From a virus (taxonomy: Duplodnaviria; Caudoviricetes): 30,257 bases of DNA. The notes below the pieces were generated by a model, which saw only the letters and a program-made list of their open reading frames with translations, was not told where the DNA came from and did no database searches. The position numbers were made by a program, and so were the translations under genes. Each line of letters opens with the position of its first letter. Position 1 is the first letter of the stretch. The stretch is from positions 1 to 30,257 of IMG/VR virus record IMGVR_UViG_3300032292_000198. One strand, 5' to 3'. Below are positions 1-8,884 of this stretch, in pieces.

Positions 1-123
1 TCCGCCTTTTGGACTTGTTTTCGCTTGTGCTACTTTTTTTGTTATTTTTTTACTCATTGTTAGTATTTTTTTAGTGCTTCTGTAACCCACGACTGTATTC
101 AAGAACGCAGTTCTCTTAAAAAA
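1..123. repeat. Terminal direct repeat, left copy (circular assembly overlap)
   Basis: 1-123 is identical to 30135-30257 and cuts through an ORF. Confidence 0.95.
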
Positions 124-140
124 CGTATTACTCCTTCATA

Positions 141-148
141 CAAAGTTA
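141..148 (-). promoter_or_regulatory. Possible host sigma-A -7 element (TAACTTTG)
   Basis: Matches the Bacteroidota TAnnTTTG consensus in an intergenic gap; no clear -33 element. Confidence 0.35.
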
Positions 149-155
149 AAGTTTG

Positions 156-188
156 TTAAATCGCATTAAAATCGTCTTAAATCGCATT
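156..188. repeat. Helically phased direct repeats (TTAAATCGCATT x2 plus a middle variant)
   Basis: 12-bp copies at 156-167 and 177-188; AAATCG cores at 158, 169 and 179. Confidence 0.7.
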
Positions 189-212
189 TCGTGTTTTACT
201 TGTTTTTTATAC

Positions 213-350
213 TTAACGGCCTTGTCGTGTATAAGATTTAACGTAATTTTTACTTGATTTTAATTTGCTATTTCGAGTTTTTGCGTGTACTCCTGGACGT
301 TTAACTTTCGGTTTTTTAAGATGGATTTTAACGTTAGTTTGCTTCGCCAT
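213..350 (-). CDS. Small, highly basic protein (45 aa), possible DNA-condensing core peptide
   Basis: Hand-translated MAKQTNVKIHLKKPKVKRPGVHAKTRNSKLKSSKNYVKSYTRQGR; fills the gap right after the 358..780 gene. Confidence 0.7.
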   Translation of the reverse strand: MAKQTNVKIHLKKPKVKRPGVHAKTRNSKLKSSKNYVKSYTRQGR

Positions 351-357
351 TTACAAT

Positions 358-780
358 TTAATATTTAGAAACTAAATTCCAAGATGCTTGTGTTTTATCG
401 CTTAACAATCTTAAATCGTCTTTTGATTTTAAAAAGTCTTTATAAACAGTTAGTTCGTTTATGTTAATCCCTAAATCTTTTGCTTGTGTGTTTATTGTTT
501 TAAATAATAAATTTAATTCCTTATTTAAATTTTCAGAAATTTTTCTATTGTCGTTATAATTTTTAAGTATTATTTCTTTTTGTGCTAAAGCGTTAATAAA
601 TAATTTATTTGTTTTTTCAGCGTTAGAACTCATTGCGTTTACACTTGCGTTTAAAGAAGAAACTTTACCAATTGAAACTTTTAAATCGTCAACTAAACTT
701 AATTCTACTTTTTGACTTGCTAACTTTGCTTCTACCTTTGCAGTAATATCTGCAATAATTAATTCTTTAGTTGTTTTCAT
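358..780 (-). CDS. Coiled-coil putative internal head protein, paralog of 29616..30002
   Basis: Shares VELSLVDDL and AKDLGI motifs with the 29616..30002 product; adjacent to the protease. Confidence 0.65.
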   Translation of the reverse strand: MKTTKELIIADITAKVEAKLASQKVELSLVDDLKVSIGKVSSLNASVNAMSSNAEKTNKLFINALAQKEIILKNYNDNRKISENLNKELNLLFKTINTQAKDLGININELTVYKDFLKSKDDLRLLSDKTQASWNLVSKY

Positions 781-1351
781 TTTCCGTTATTATTTGTTTT
801 ATTTTATCTATTAAAATTTCGTCTTCATCTTGTAAACTCATTTCGTACTTATCCGCAAAGTAACCTTCAATTGAAAATCCTTTAACTTCTCCCGCTTTAA
901 CTTTATTCCAAATTTCGTCGTTGTTTACTTTCATAGAAATAACCCAAGTACCTTTAGGAAAGTTAAAACCGTAGTTCGTGCTTTTGTCGTTTTTTCCTTC
1001 AGTAATCCAACTTTCTACAACACTCATTCCTTCTAACTTTTGTTTATGTTCTAAAGTTGCGTTGTTCTGGTTGCTGTTCATAAAAAACAATTCACTTGCT
1101 TTGCGTACCGTTTCTTCACTAAAATAAATATAGTATTCTTCGTTCTTGTCGTTCTTCCTGTATATTTGTTTGTTAGGTATTAAAGCCGCACCCATTAAAA
1201 TACGCTTTTCAGCGTCAACTTCTTTTAACTCTATTTCGTGTTTTTTTAGTGCTATAAAGTCGCTTTCTATTGCTGGACTTTCAACAACTGAAACTGCGTC
1301 TATTCCGCTTGTTTCGTCTTTTTCGTCAATTATTAATTCAACTATTCGCAT
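767..1351 (-). CDS. Putative prohead maturation serine protease (XkdF-like)
   Basis: Motifs VESPAIE, ATLEH, VVESWI, PKGTW and VKGFSIEG are typical of XkdF/prohead proteases. Confidence 0.8.
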   Translation of the reverse strand: MRIVELIIDEKDETSGIDAVSVVESPAIESDFIALKKHEIELKEVDAEKRILMGAALIPNKQIYRKNDKNEEYYIYFSEETVRKASELFFMNSNQNNATLEHKQKLEGMSVVESWITEGKNDKSTNYGFNFPKGTWVISMKVNNDEIWNKVKAGEVKGFSIEGYFADKYEMSLQDEDEILIDKIKQIITENENN

Positions 1352-1383
1352 ATCTATTTAATTAAATTATTGTTTGTTTGTTG
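1352..1383 (-). promoter_or_regulatory. Putative phage-sigma late promoter 1
   Basis: CAACAAA-N13-AATTA-N7 directly before the ATG; same spacing at four loci. Confidence 0.7.
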
Positions 1384-1389
1384 TATTTT

Positions 1390-3294
1390 CTAACCGCCTA
1401 AAGTTGCGTTTGCTAATCTGTTTCTATCTAACGCCTGTTGTGAAGTTACTTGCCCTGAAACAACATAAGCTTGTATTGGTTGTTGGTTAAGACTCGCTAA
1501 TTGATTAACGCCACTTTGTCCAACTACATTAAATTGTGGTGCGCTCATTGTTGGAACTGTTGCACCACCGCCATCGCCACCGCTTGGTACTGCTGTACCT
1601 TGAAATTGTGTTGACATAATTTTTTTAACAGCAATTAAACCCCCTGCTGTTGCTATTCCTGCTGCTATTCCACCTCGAACAGGGCTTGAAATATCCGGTG
1701 GTAAAAATTGCGATTTGTAAGCGTCTCTTGCTGCTGCAAAAGTTGAAATTAATGTACTTGCAATTTGAAACTTTTTATTTAATTCAAATGATTTTTTTGC
1801 GTTTGCATTGTTTTTAATTATTGCTTTTTCCTTTTGTGCGGTTGTTAGGTTTTCGTTTGCTAAAACTTTGTCGTTAATTTCCTTGTATTTATTTTCACTC
1901 ATTGAAGCCAAATCTTGCGTCATAGTTAAAATTTGCGTCATTGACTGAATTATAAACTTTAGATTTCTTTCCCTTAAATCTGTTTGGTCTTGTAACTCTT
2001 TTTTTAATTGCTCTGTTGACTTAAGACCAATTGCTTTTTCAGCTTCAAGTCTTTTAGTTCCTTGACTTACGATGTCGGTAATAACAGTTGAAGCGTTATC
2101 ACGTCTCATATAAAGTTGTTCTTCTTTTTCTTTTTTTACAACTTTGGTAACTTCAGGTTCGTCTTTTTTAACTTGCTCAACATATTTTGTTCCGGATTTT
2201 GTTAAAATGTCAACTTTTATAGCCGCTTTATTTGCCGCTGAACCATAATTTTCAAATCTTGTTTCTGCGTCTTTAAGTTCTTTATTAATTTTATTAACTT
2301 GCTTTTGTTGTTCATTTAAACTATTAATTACACTTTGCGGAACTAATGCTTCTGGTCTCTGTAATAATTTTTGGTAATCCGATTGCATAAGATTTAAAAA
2401 ACTTTGCTCTTTTGCTAATTTTTTTGTTAGTTCATCTTGTTTAGCAAGGTTTCTTGCAATTAAATCTTCGTTTTTTTGTAAAGCATATTTTGCTTTTTGA
2501 TATTCTAAATAAGAAGCAAGTTCAGTGTTTAATTGTTCTTGGAAATCCCTTTCGTCTTTTATATTTTTTAAAGTTGTTCCGTATTGTAAATTTATTTTTT
2601 TAATTAATTCTTCACGTTCTTTGGTGTTTTGATTTGTTGTTTTTAATCTTGAAATTAAAGTAGCAAAAGCGCCACTTTCCTTTGCTATTTCTTCACGTTG
2701 TTTTTTTGCTTCGTCTCCAATTGCTTTTTGTTGTTTAGCGTATTTTTCTGTTTCGTCACCTGCAAAACCAATTGCTTTGCTTATGTCTTCCCAATAAGTA
2801 TAAATAACGCCTAATGAAATAACAATAAGTCCTATTCCTGTTGAACCGATAGCCGCCTGTAAACTTTTAAAAGCATTTACCGCCGCTTTACCAAAGTTTA
2901 TTACTGCTTCCTTTGCTTCGGTTAATTGGTCTATTCCTGAAGCGATTGCCATTGCGCTTTGAACTTTTAAAAGTTGTTTTTCTACACTTTCGCTTTCAAC
3001 TCCAATTAAACCCATTGCGCCTTGAACGGCTGCAAATCCACCTGCAACACCTGTTAAAACTTGACTTAAACCTTTAAACTTTGCGTCTGGATTAAATGAA
3101 TCGGTTAACGTTTTAGCGTCTGCAATCCTATCTTTTAAATCGGCCGCTCTCTTTGCTGCTTCCCTTGCTTGGTCTGAAGTTGCACCAAATTTATCTGCCA
3201 ACGTTTGAACTTCAACTTGTGCTTGTTTAAGTTGTTGTTTTAAATTGCCTAAATTAGAACTTACTTCTAATTCAATTACTTTTTTTTCAGCCAT
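1390..3294 (-). CDS. Tail tape measure protein
   Basis: 634 aa, Ala/Gly-rich hydrophobic segments and long coiled-coil, within the tail module. Confidence 0.88.
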   Translation of the reverse strand: MAEKKVIELEVSSNLGNLKQQLKQAQVEVQTLADKFGATSDQAREAAKRAADLKDRIADAKTLTDSFNPDAKFKGLSQVLTGVAGGFAAVQGAMGLIGVESESVEKQLLKVQSAMAIASGIDQLTEAKEAVINFGKAAVNAFKSLQAAIGSTGIGLIVISLGVIYTYWEDISKAIGFAGDETEKYAKQQKAIGDEAKKQREEIAKESGAFATLISRLKTTNQNTKEREELIKKINLQYGTTLKNIKDERDFQEQLNTELASYLEYQKAKYALQKNEDLIARNLAKQDELTKKLAKEQSFLNLMQSDYQKLLQRPEALVPQSVINSLNEQQKQVNKINKELKDAETRFENYGSAANKAAIKVDILTKSGTKYVEQVKKDEPEVTKVVKKEKEEQLYMRRDNASTVITDIVSQGTKRLEAEKAIGLKSTEQLKKELQDQTDLRERNLKFIIQSMTQILTMTQDLASMSENKYKEINDKVLANENLTTAQKEKAIIKNNANAKKSFELNKKFQIASTLISTFAAARDAYKSQFLPPDISSPVRGGIAAGIATAGGLIAVKKIMSTQFQGTAVPSGGDGGGATVPTMSAPQFNVVGQSGVNQLASLNQQPIQAYVVSGQVTSQQALDRNRLANATLGG

Positions 3295-3454
3295 TATTCT
3301 TTAGTTTTTTTTCTATTAACCTTTTGCGTTGTGCTTGTTTCCATTGTTCTTTTATAGAAGTAGTAAATTTATATTTACCCTTTGCTATGTCTATGTTTTC
3401 ACTTTCTCCGTAAAAGTCGCTTAATAAAAGCATTTCTATTATTTTGTTTATCAT
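3287..3454 (-). CDS. Small hypothetical protein (55 aa) between tail-tip and tape measure genes
   Basis: Hand-translated MINKIIEMLLLSDFYGESENIDIAKGKYKF...; ATGA overlap with the upstream stop and overlap with the tape measure start. Confidence 0.75.
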   Translation of the reverse strand: MINKIIEMLLLSDFYGESENIDIAKGKYKFTTSIKEQWKQAQRKRLIEKKLKNNG

Positions 3455-5889
3455 TTTTGGTCTATTATAATATAGTTTGTGTCCGTGTTTCCATTAATGT
3501 AATCAGTATCTAAAGTTAAAGTAATAGTTCGTGCTACGTTTATTGGAACGGTTACGTTTAAATAACTATCTGCTTTAAACAATACGCTTGACAAAGTAAC
3601 GTTACTTGCGTTTGAACTTTTTGAAATCCTTACTTCTGTTGCACCGTTTGAAAATAAAATTGCAAAACTTAAAACGTTTGAATTGTCTGTATCTGCTTCA
3701 ACTAACACAATTGGTTTTACTTCTGCAAAGTCATTAATCAAAGTAAAATCTACGTCACCTGTTGTTAAGTCACTTTGCATTTCATTTATTAAATAACGTT
3801 TGTCTTTTATTATAAGGCGGTCGTTTAACTGAAGTCCTGTTAATAAAGAAACAGGAAGTATTGTTTTTACTTTTACAAGTCTGTTTTTTGGGTTGTATAA
3901 ATTAGTTAAATAACTTTGATAGTATAAAGCGTAAAGTGTATTAAAGTTTTCTACATTATAAAAACTTGAAATTTCTACGCCAAAATTTAACGTTAATGGA
4001 TAAGTTCCACCTGCAATTATTATTTCGCTATCTTGCCCAAATGGTACGTAACCTGTTATATTAGCTTGTCCATCCCAATGTATATGCCCGCTTGTTAAAG
4101 TTGTTTTTTTATTCATATACAACAAAACAGGTTTCGGAATATAAGGCGCAAATTCTTTGTTTAGACAATAACCAACTTGTAAATTGTTTCCAAAATTAGT
4201 GTGCAATAAATTCTCAAATGGACTTTCAATTTTGTATTCGCCACCGTCAAATGGATAGTTTTCTTTTAAGTTTCCGTAACCGTGTGTTGTTAAATTAGCA
4301 GGGTTTTCAAGAAAATATTTATTTAAAAAACTTTCGCTATCTTGATATTTAAACTCAATAGACTTATAAAGCTTCATTCGTTCAATTTCAATACTTGTAA
4401 TATCGGTGTATTTTGTTATGTCAATTAATGCGCCTTTTTTATACCAATCATTTAACGGTTCAAATGTAAAAACGTTTTTTGCTTTTGAGTAAATTGTTAA
4501 ATTAAATTCTTTACATATTCCTGTAATAAAATCACTAATTTTTATATCTGGAGCAAGTCCTTGTAAATCTGTAAACGAAGTTGTTGTAACGTTATTTGTA
4601 TAAAATGTAGTTACTGCTGAATAAGTAAACCATTGAAAAACACTTAAAGCGTTAGCCGCCCAATAATCATATTTTAACGTATAAATAAACTGAAAAGTAA
4701 GTGTTTGCGCTAATGAACTACGCAATTTAAACGTGTAAATAATATCGTTGCTTGGTGTTTGTTCTAAATTAGGCAAAGTAAAAACCCCACCAATCGTACT
4801 TATAATTGTTAATGTTTGAACGTAGACATCGTTTTTATATACGTCTAACCAACAATTTGCAGTCAAAGGCAACGAACCATTATAAGTTATTTTTAATTGG
4901 TGTGAAACTGTGCCGTAAGTTTGTAAACCTGCACCCCCAAGGTGCGGTGTTACATAAATTGTCTTAAATGTATTATTTGTTGTATTAAATGAAGTATAAG
5001 GACTTGGAACAGGTGTTGTTGCAGCAGGTGTTGAACTTGGAAAAGTTTCAACTATTGATGAACCTGTTGCGGTAAAAGTTATGTTTGCAGGTTGTGTAAT
5101 AAAAAAGAACTTTTCTTTATTCTTATAATATAAAAATGCTTTTCTAAACATATCTGAAGTTAGAAAAAGCCCGTCAAAAGTTATTCCGTATTCAGCTTCA
5201 ATTAAATCAAATATATTTGCTACACGAACGGAAGGAAACAACTCTGTATAAACTATTTTTCCTGCAGTATTGCCTATGTTATCTGAATTATTTGTTGGAT
5301 AAGTAAACCATTCGGGGCAGTCGGCTTGTGGAATAGGAACACTACCAGCAAATTGCCAAATTCTTTTTGAAGTTATTAACGGGTAACGAACGTTGTAATC
5401 GGTTACTGTGCTGTCAACTGTTACACGGTTATATACTTCCGTGTTTGTGTAGTTGTGGTTTAATGTTGTGTGGTCTAATTGACTTAACTTGTCTTCGTTA
5501 AAATAATCTTTTAGTGAAACTCCAGCTCCGTAAAATGTTATTGAATAACTATCTGGTCTTCCGTTTTTTAGGTTCGTTTTTTCAAGTTGAATTTTACCAC
5601 GTCTAAATAAAACCGTGTCAACTTCAATGTAAGCGTTGTATCGGTTTTGGTAGTCAATAGTTGCGTCAACATCGTTTTGGTAAAAGTGTTGGAATATAGC
5701 GTTGTTTATTGGTGAACACGGAATAGTAAAACCTTGCGAATAGTCTGTAAATATTTTAGATATATCCGATATGTTTTGTATTGTCGAACTAACGGTTATT
5801 TTTTCATCGTTAAATAATTCTAAACGTGAATAATTTAATTCAGTTTGTGCTAAAGCTGTTTCTATAAATATTGCTACTTGCCTTTTCAT
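3451..5889 (-). CDS. Large tail-tip / baseplate hub protein
   Basis: 812 aa, beta-rich, with a Thr/Pro-rich central insert; tail module position. Confidence 0.7.
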   Translation of the reverse strand: MKRQVAIFIETALAQTELNYSRLELFNDEKITVSSTIQNISDISKIFTDYSQGFTIPCSPINNAIFQHFYQNDVDATIDYQNRYNAYIEVDTVLFRRGKIQLEKTNLKNGRPDSYSITFYGAGVSLKDYFNEDKLSQLDHTTLNHNYTNTEVYNRVTVDSTVTDYNVRYPLITSKRIWQFAGSVPIPQADCPEWFTYPTNNSDNIGNTAGKIVYTELFPSVRVANIFDLIEAEYGITFDGLFLTSDMFRKAFLYYKNKEKFFFITQPANITFTATGSSIVETFPSSTPAATTPVPSPYTSFNTTNNTFKTIYVTPHLGGAGLQTYGTVSHQLKITYNGSLPLTANCWLDVYKNDVYVQTLTIISTIGGVFTLPNLEQTPSNDIIYTFKLRSSLAQTLTFQFIYTLKYDYWAANALSVFQWFTYSAVTTFYTNNVTTTSFTDLQGLAPDIKISDFITGICKEFNLTIYSKAKNVFTFEPLNDWYKKGALIDITKYTDITSIEIERMKLYKSIEFKYQDSESFLNKYFLENPANLTTHGYGNLKENYPFDGGEYKIESPFENLLHTNFGNNLQVGYCLNKEFAPYIPKPVLLYMNKKTTLTSGHIHWDGQANITGYVPFGQDSEIIIAGGTYPLTLNFGVEISSFYNVENFNTLYALYYQSYLTNLYNPKNRLVKVKTILPVSLLTGLQLNDRLIIKDKRYLINEMQSDLTTGDVDFTLINDFAEVKPIVLVEADTDNSNVLSFAILFSNGATEVRISKSSNASNVTLSSVLFKADSYLNVTVPINVARTITLTLDTDYINGNTDTNYIIIDQK

Positions 5890-6947
5890 TAAACTACAGA
5901 ATTAAGAACATCGTAAGTAAACTCGAACTCTAAACTATAATTTATTTGTTTCGTGTTTATATGCTTAAACAACTCCGTGCTTTTAGTATTAATCTTTGCA
6001 GGTTTATAAGTGTCAATTAAAATTCGTTCGCTTAACATTATTTGTTTTAATACTTCGCCCCAAGTTTCATCTACCCAGCCTGTATTTACTTTAATACTGC
6101 TTTTTCCGTTTGTGTTAAATGTTTGTCTTTGCCCTTTTGCTTGGTTATACAATGGAACACCGAAATTATTAACTTGAACGGTATTTTGTAATAAATTATA
6201 TTCCGTGTTTTCAACGCTGAACGTGTCGTTACTTGCCTTAAAAAAGAACTACCGTTGCCACGCTCCGTATTTGTTTACAAAGTCAATGCTTACAGGTGTA
6301 TATTTACATTCTTCAATTGGGTAAAAATAATATGTTTTCTGAACTGCTCCAGCGGGGTTTAAAATTTCAACTTTGTTTCCATCTAAATAGTTTAAATTAT
6401 AAACTCTTGGAACATCATAAGTTCCCGTTGCTAAAACTATTGAATCAATTACTCCCGTGCTTAAATTTGTGTATCGTGCAGCAGAATTTATTAATGTTGT
6501 TACTCGAATTTGCCCGTAAAAAGATGCATTAGGGTTATAATAATAATTTCCTTCATCAAGTCCGTAGTTTCCTAAATCGTAATTGTAATTTTGTACGTAA
6601 GCTGTGTAACCGTCAAATGCTATATAATCAACCGTGTTTAAAAGTGTGTAAGTTGTACCTACTAACTTATAACGTTTTACTCTAACGTTTACACGTTCGT
6701 TTGTAGGGTTTACTTCCGCAGTAATATTTATATCTTGTGGATTAATAAAACTTATGTATTCACGTATGTAAGGCGATATGTCGTAAAGTGTTTCTACATT
6801 GTTTGAAGCCGGTATTAATTTACTTAAAGTATATTGCGGGCTTACACTAAAACTTGTGTTGCTTAAAAACAATTCTACCTTTGAACCGCTTTGCCCACTT
6901 TCAGCAACCCTAATTATATACGGTGACCGTGCAAATATATTAGCCAT
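5889..6947 (-). pseudogene. Distal-tail-like structural gene interrupted by one in-frame TAG at 6249-6251 (nonsense allele, readthrough or sequence error)
   Basis: The frame continues open for 119 codons after the TAG (...NKYGAWQR*FFFKASNDTF...) to a TAA overlapping the next start. Confidence 0.75.
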
Positions 6948-7495
6948 TATTTCTTTTCGTTTTTAAATTGTGTTTCTTTAAATAAATTCATTGCATCAAG
7001 TCCAAACTTTTCAACAAGTTCGTCTGGCAATCTTTTAAATGCGCTTTCAAATGGTTTAGTAAAAAATAAACTCGGTTTTATACCTTGTGCAAATATTCTT
7101 TTCTGTAACCAAAAACCCAAAGTCTTATAACCGCCTTTTGCAAATGTTCCGTCTGCATTTCTAAATCTTATATTCTTTTTTTGCGCCCATCTACTCAAAG
7201 GTTCAACAGGTGGCATTTTACTTTTAAAACTAAATTTACTGTTCGGTGCTTTTTGTTTTCCGTTTTTTACTAAACTTGGGTTTGCGCCCTTAACTCCTTT
7301 GTCTTGAAATTGTCCGTATTGATTCATTTCAAAGTCCATACTAAACGAATTCGGCATTGCCTTAACATTTCCTTTTAAACTTTCGTAAAGTCCTTTAGAA
7401 ACGTTTTTTTTATCACGTGTTAAATTCTTTCGTGCTTCTGCAATAACGTAATTTCTAAACCTTTCAAGTTCTTTTTGTACTTCGCTTTGTTTCAT
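6947..7495 (-). CDS. Neck / tail-completion protein (HK97 gp10-like)
   Basis: Basic 182 aa with SKGLYESL and GIKPSLFFTKPF motifs; tail module position. Confidence 0.6.
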   Translation of the reverse strand: MKQSEVQKELERFRNYVIAEARKNLTRDKKNVSKGLYESLKGNVKAMPNSFSMDFEMNQYGQFQDKGVKGANPSLVKNGKQKAPNSKFSFKSKMPPVEPLSRWAQKKNIRFRNADGTFAKGGYKTLGFWLQKRIFAQGIKPSLFFTKPFESAFKRLPDELVEKFGLDAMNLFKETQFKNEKK

Positions 7496-7496
7496 C

Positions 7497-7952
7497 TTAA
7501 CAAATTGTCATTTCATTAGGTGTTACTATGTCAAAAGTCATTGTCCAACCTGCCATATAATTTTCAAACCTTTCAGTAAACGGTTCTAAACTTGCAGTTC
7601 CTTCAACCATAAATAAGTCGTATGCTAAACTTCCGTGTTTTATTATTTCATACGCTCTATTTAATACTGCGTGTTGTGTATTTAGTACATCTATTTCGTT
7701 GTCGTTACCTAAAAAAATATTTGTTGTTGCGTTCTTGGATAAGTCTACAATATCCATTGCAATTAAACTTATATTCCAAGTCGTTGTACTTGCGTCTAAC
7801 GTGCAGTTATTAACCATAATATGCAACAAAGGAAATATTGTTTGTTTGCTTAAATCAACTTTAAATATGTCGCCTTGTGTTACCGTGTTTACAATAACGT
7901 CTGCGTCAAAGTGTGTTTTTAATTTGTCTAATAAGTTGTAATAACCTGTCAT
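7497..7952 (-). CDS. Putative tail terminator protein
   Basis: Acidic 151 aa with FPLLHI and AGWTMTF; size and position fit. Confidence 0.6.
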   Translation of the reverse strand: MTGYYNLLDKLKTHFDADVIVNTVTQGDIFKVDLSKQTIFPLLHIMVNNCTLDASTTTWNISLIAMDIVDLSKNATTNIFLGNDNEIDVLNTQHAVLNRAYEIIKHGSLAYDLFMVEGTASLEPFTERFENYMAGWTMTFDIVTPNEMTIC

Positions 7953-8221
7953 TTTCGTAGTTTATTTAATTGGCGTTGTTCAATTTCTTGCTTTTGTTTT
8001 TCGAAGGTAAGATAGGTAAGGCATTGAGTAAGTCGATAGCCGGTGACTGTGTCAAATCTTGTAATGTCTCCCTGAGCGATTGCATAAATTGACTGGTACC
8101 AACCCCATTGTTTTCCAAATTGAGCTTGTTCGCTAAACTCGTTTGCGTCTTCTTGTTCGTCTTTATCTGCCGTTCCAAATAAGTAAGCGTAGCTGTCAAT
8201 AATTCGCTTCCTAAATTCCAA
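7949..8221 (-). CDS. -1 frameshift extension of the tail assembly chaperone (GT-like product of about 253 aa, starting at 8709)
   Basis: Opens at the T9 run; ends with an ATGA overlap onto the next gene. Confidence 0.7.
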   Translation of the reverse strand: MEFRKRIIDSYAYLFGTADKDEQEDANEFSEQAQFGKQWGWYQSIYAIAQGDITRFDTVTGYRLTQCLTYLTFEKQKQEIEQRQLNKLRK

Positions 8222-8709
8222 AAAAAAATACTTGAACTTATTGCTATATCAACAGGCGTGAACTTCATTAATTCGTGCATTTCGTCCATTGGTTTATAAT
8301 CGATTATTTCGTACTTGTCCTTGAACTTCATCTTAATTGGACGGTACATAACAGCCATTGCTTTGTGGTATGTTTCCCACTTTAACAAATTGTTTTCCAA
8401 GTCTACGTATTCGCCAAATGTTATTTCTTCAAGATTAGTTATAAACCCAAATTCTTGTGTTCCTATTTTAAACGTTGGTTGAAACTTTGGTTTCTGTTCA
8501 AACAAGTTTTTAAAGTGTATAATTAATTCGTTTAAACTTGTAAGCTTCATTTTGACAATATCTTTTAATTCAATACCGCAGAATATTTGTACCATTTTTT
8601 GCGCTATAAATTCTTCGTCGTTGCTTCCTTGCTGAACCTTTAAAAATTCTTGGTAGCTTTTTAATGGTATTTCGTTTAAAGTTGTTGGTACGTTTATTTC
8701 TAACTTCAT
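7966..8709 (-). CDS. Putative tail assembly chaperone (0-frame product, 247 aa)
   Basis: Has an ITFGEYVDL motif and a slippery T TTT TTT site; first gene of the tail module. Confidence 0.7.
   Translation of the reverse strand: MKLEINVPTTLNEIPLKSYQEFLKVQQGSNDEEFIAQKMVQIFCGIELKDIVKMKLTSLNELIIHFKNLFEQKPKFQPTFKIGTQEFGFITNLEEITFGEYVDLENNLLKWETYHKAMAVMYRPIKMKFKDKYEIIDYKPMDEMHELMKFTPVDIAISSSIFFWNLGSELLTATLTYLERQIKTNKKTQTSLANKLNLENNGVGTSQFMQSLRETLQDLTQSPAIDLLNALPILPSKNKSKKLNNAN
8220..8228 (-). other. Slippery sequence for a programmed -1 ribosomal frameshift
   Basis: ATT TTT TTT TGG fits X XXY YYZ, and the -1 frame is open for 90 codons. Confidence 0.7.
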
Positions 8710-8741
8710 ATCTTAATAATTAATTATTCGTGTTTTTGTTG
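8710..8741 (-). promoter_or_regulatory. Putative phage-sigma late promoter 2
   Basis: CAACAAA-AACACGAATAATT-AATTA-TTAAGAT-ATG. Confidence 0.7.
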
Positions 8742-8884
8742 TGTTCGTTTTTTTGTATGTAATCGTAAGCTTGTTTTAGCATATTAATATCTCGGATGTC
8801 ACGTAAATAAATACGAACCTTTACACCTTTTTTTTGGTAGATGTAAATCTGTACGCATTGCATCATTATTTCTAAATCGTTCAT
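8720..8884 (-). CDS. Small hypothetical protein (54 aa)
   Basis: Hand-translated MNDLEIMMQCVQIYIYQKKGVKVRI...; ATGA overlap with the terminase stop. Confidence 0.65.
   Translation of the reverse strand: MNDLEIMMQCVQIYIYQKKGVKVRIYLRDIRDINMLKQAYDYIQKNEHNKNTNN

Noticed and set aside
1-123. 123-bp terminal repeat as a biological DTR
   Set aside because: It starts mid-gene and has a k-mer-like length, so it is most likely the assembler's circular overlap; the terminase type suggests headful packaging
6249-6251. Genome-wide TAG recoding (genetic code 15)
   Set aside because: Other long genes are intact under the standard code, TAG is a plausible true stop for the tape measure gene, and no suppressor tRNA was seen
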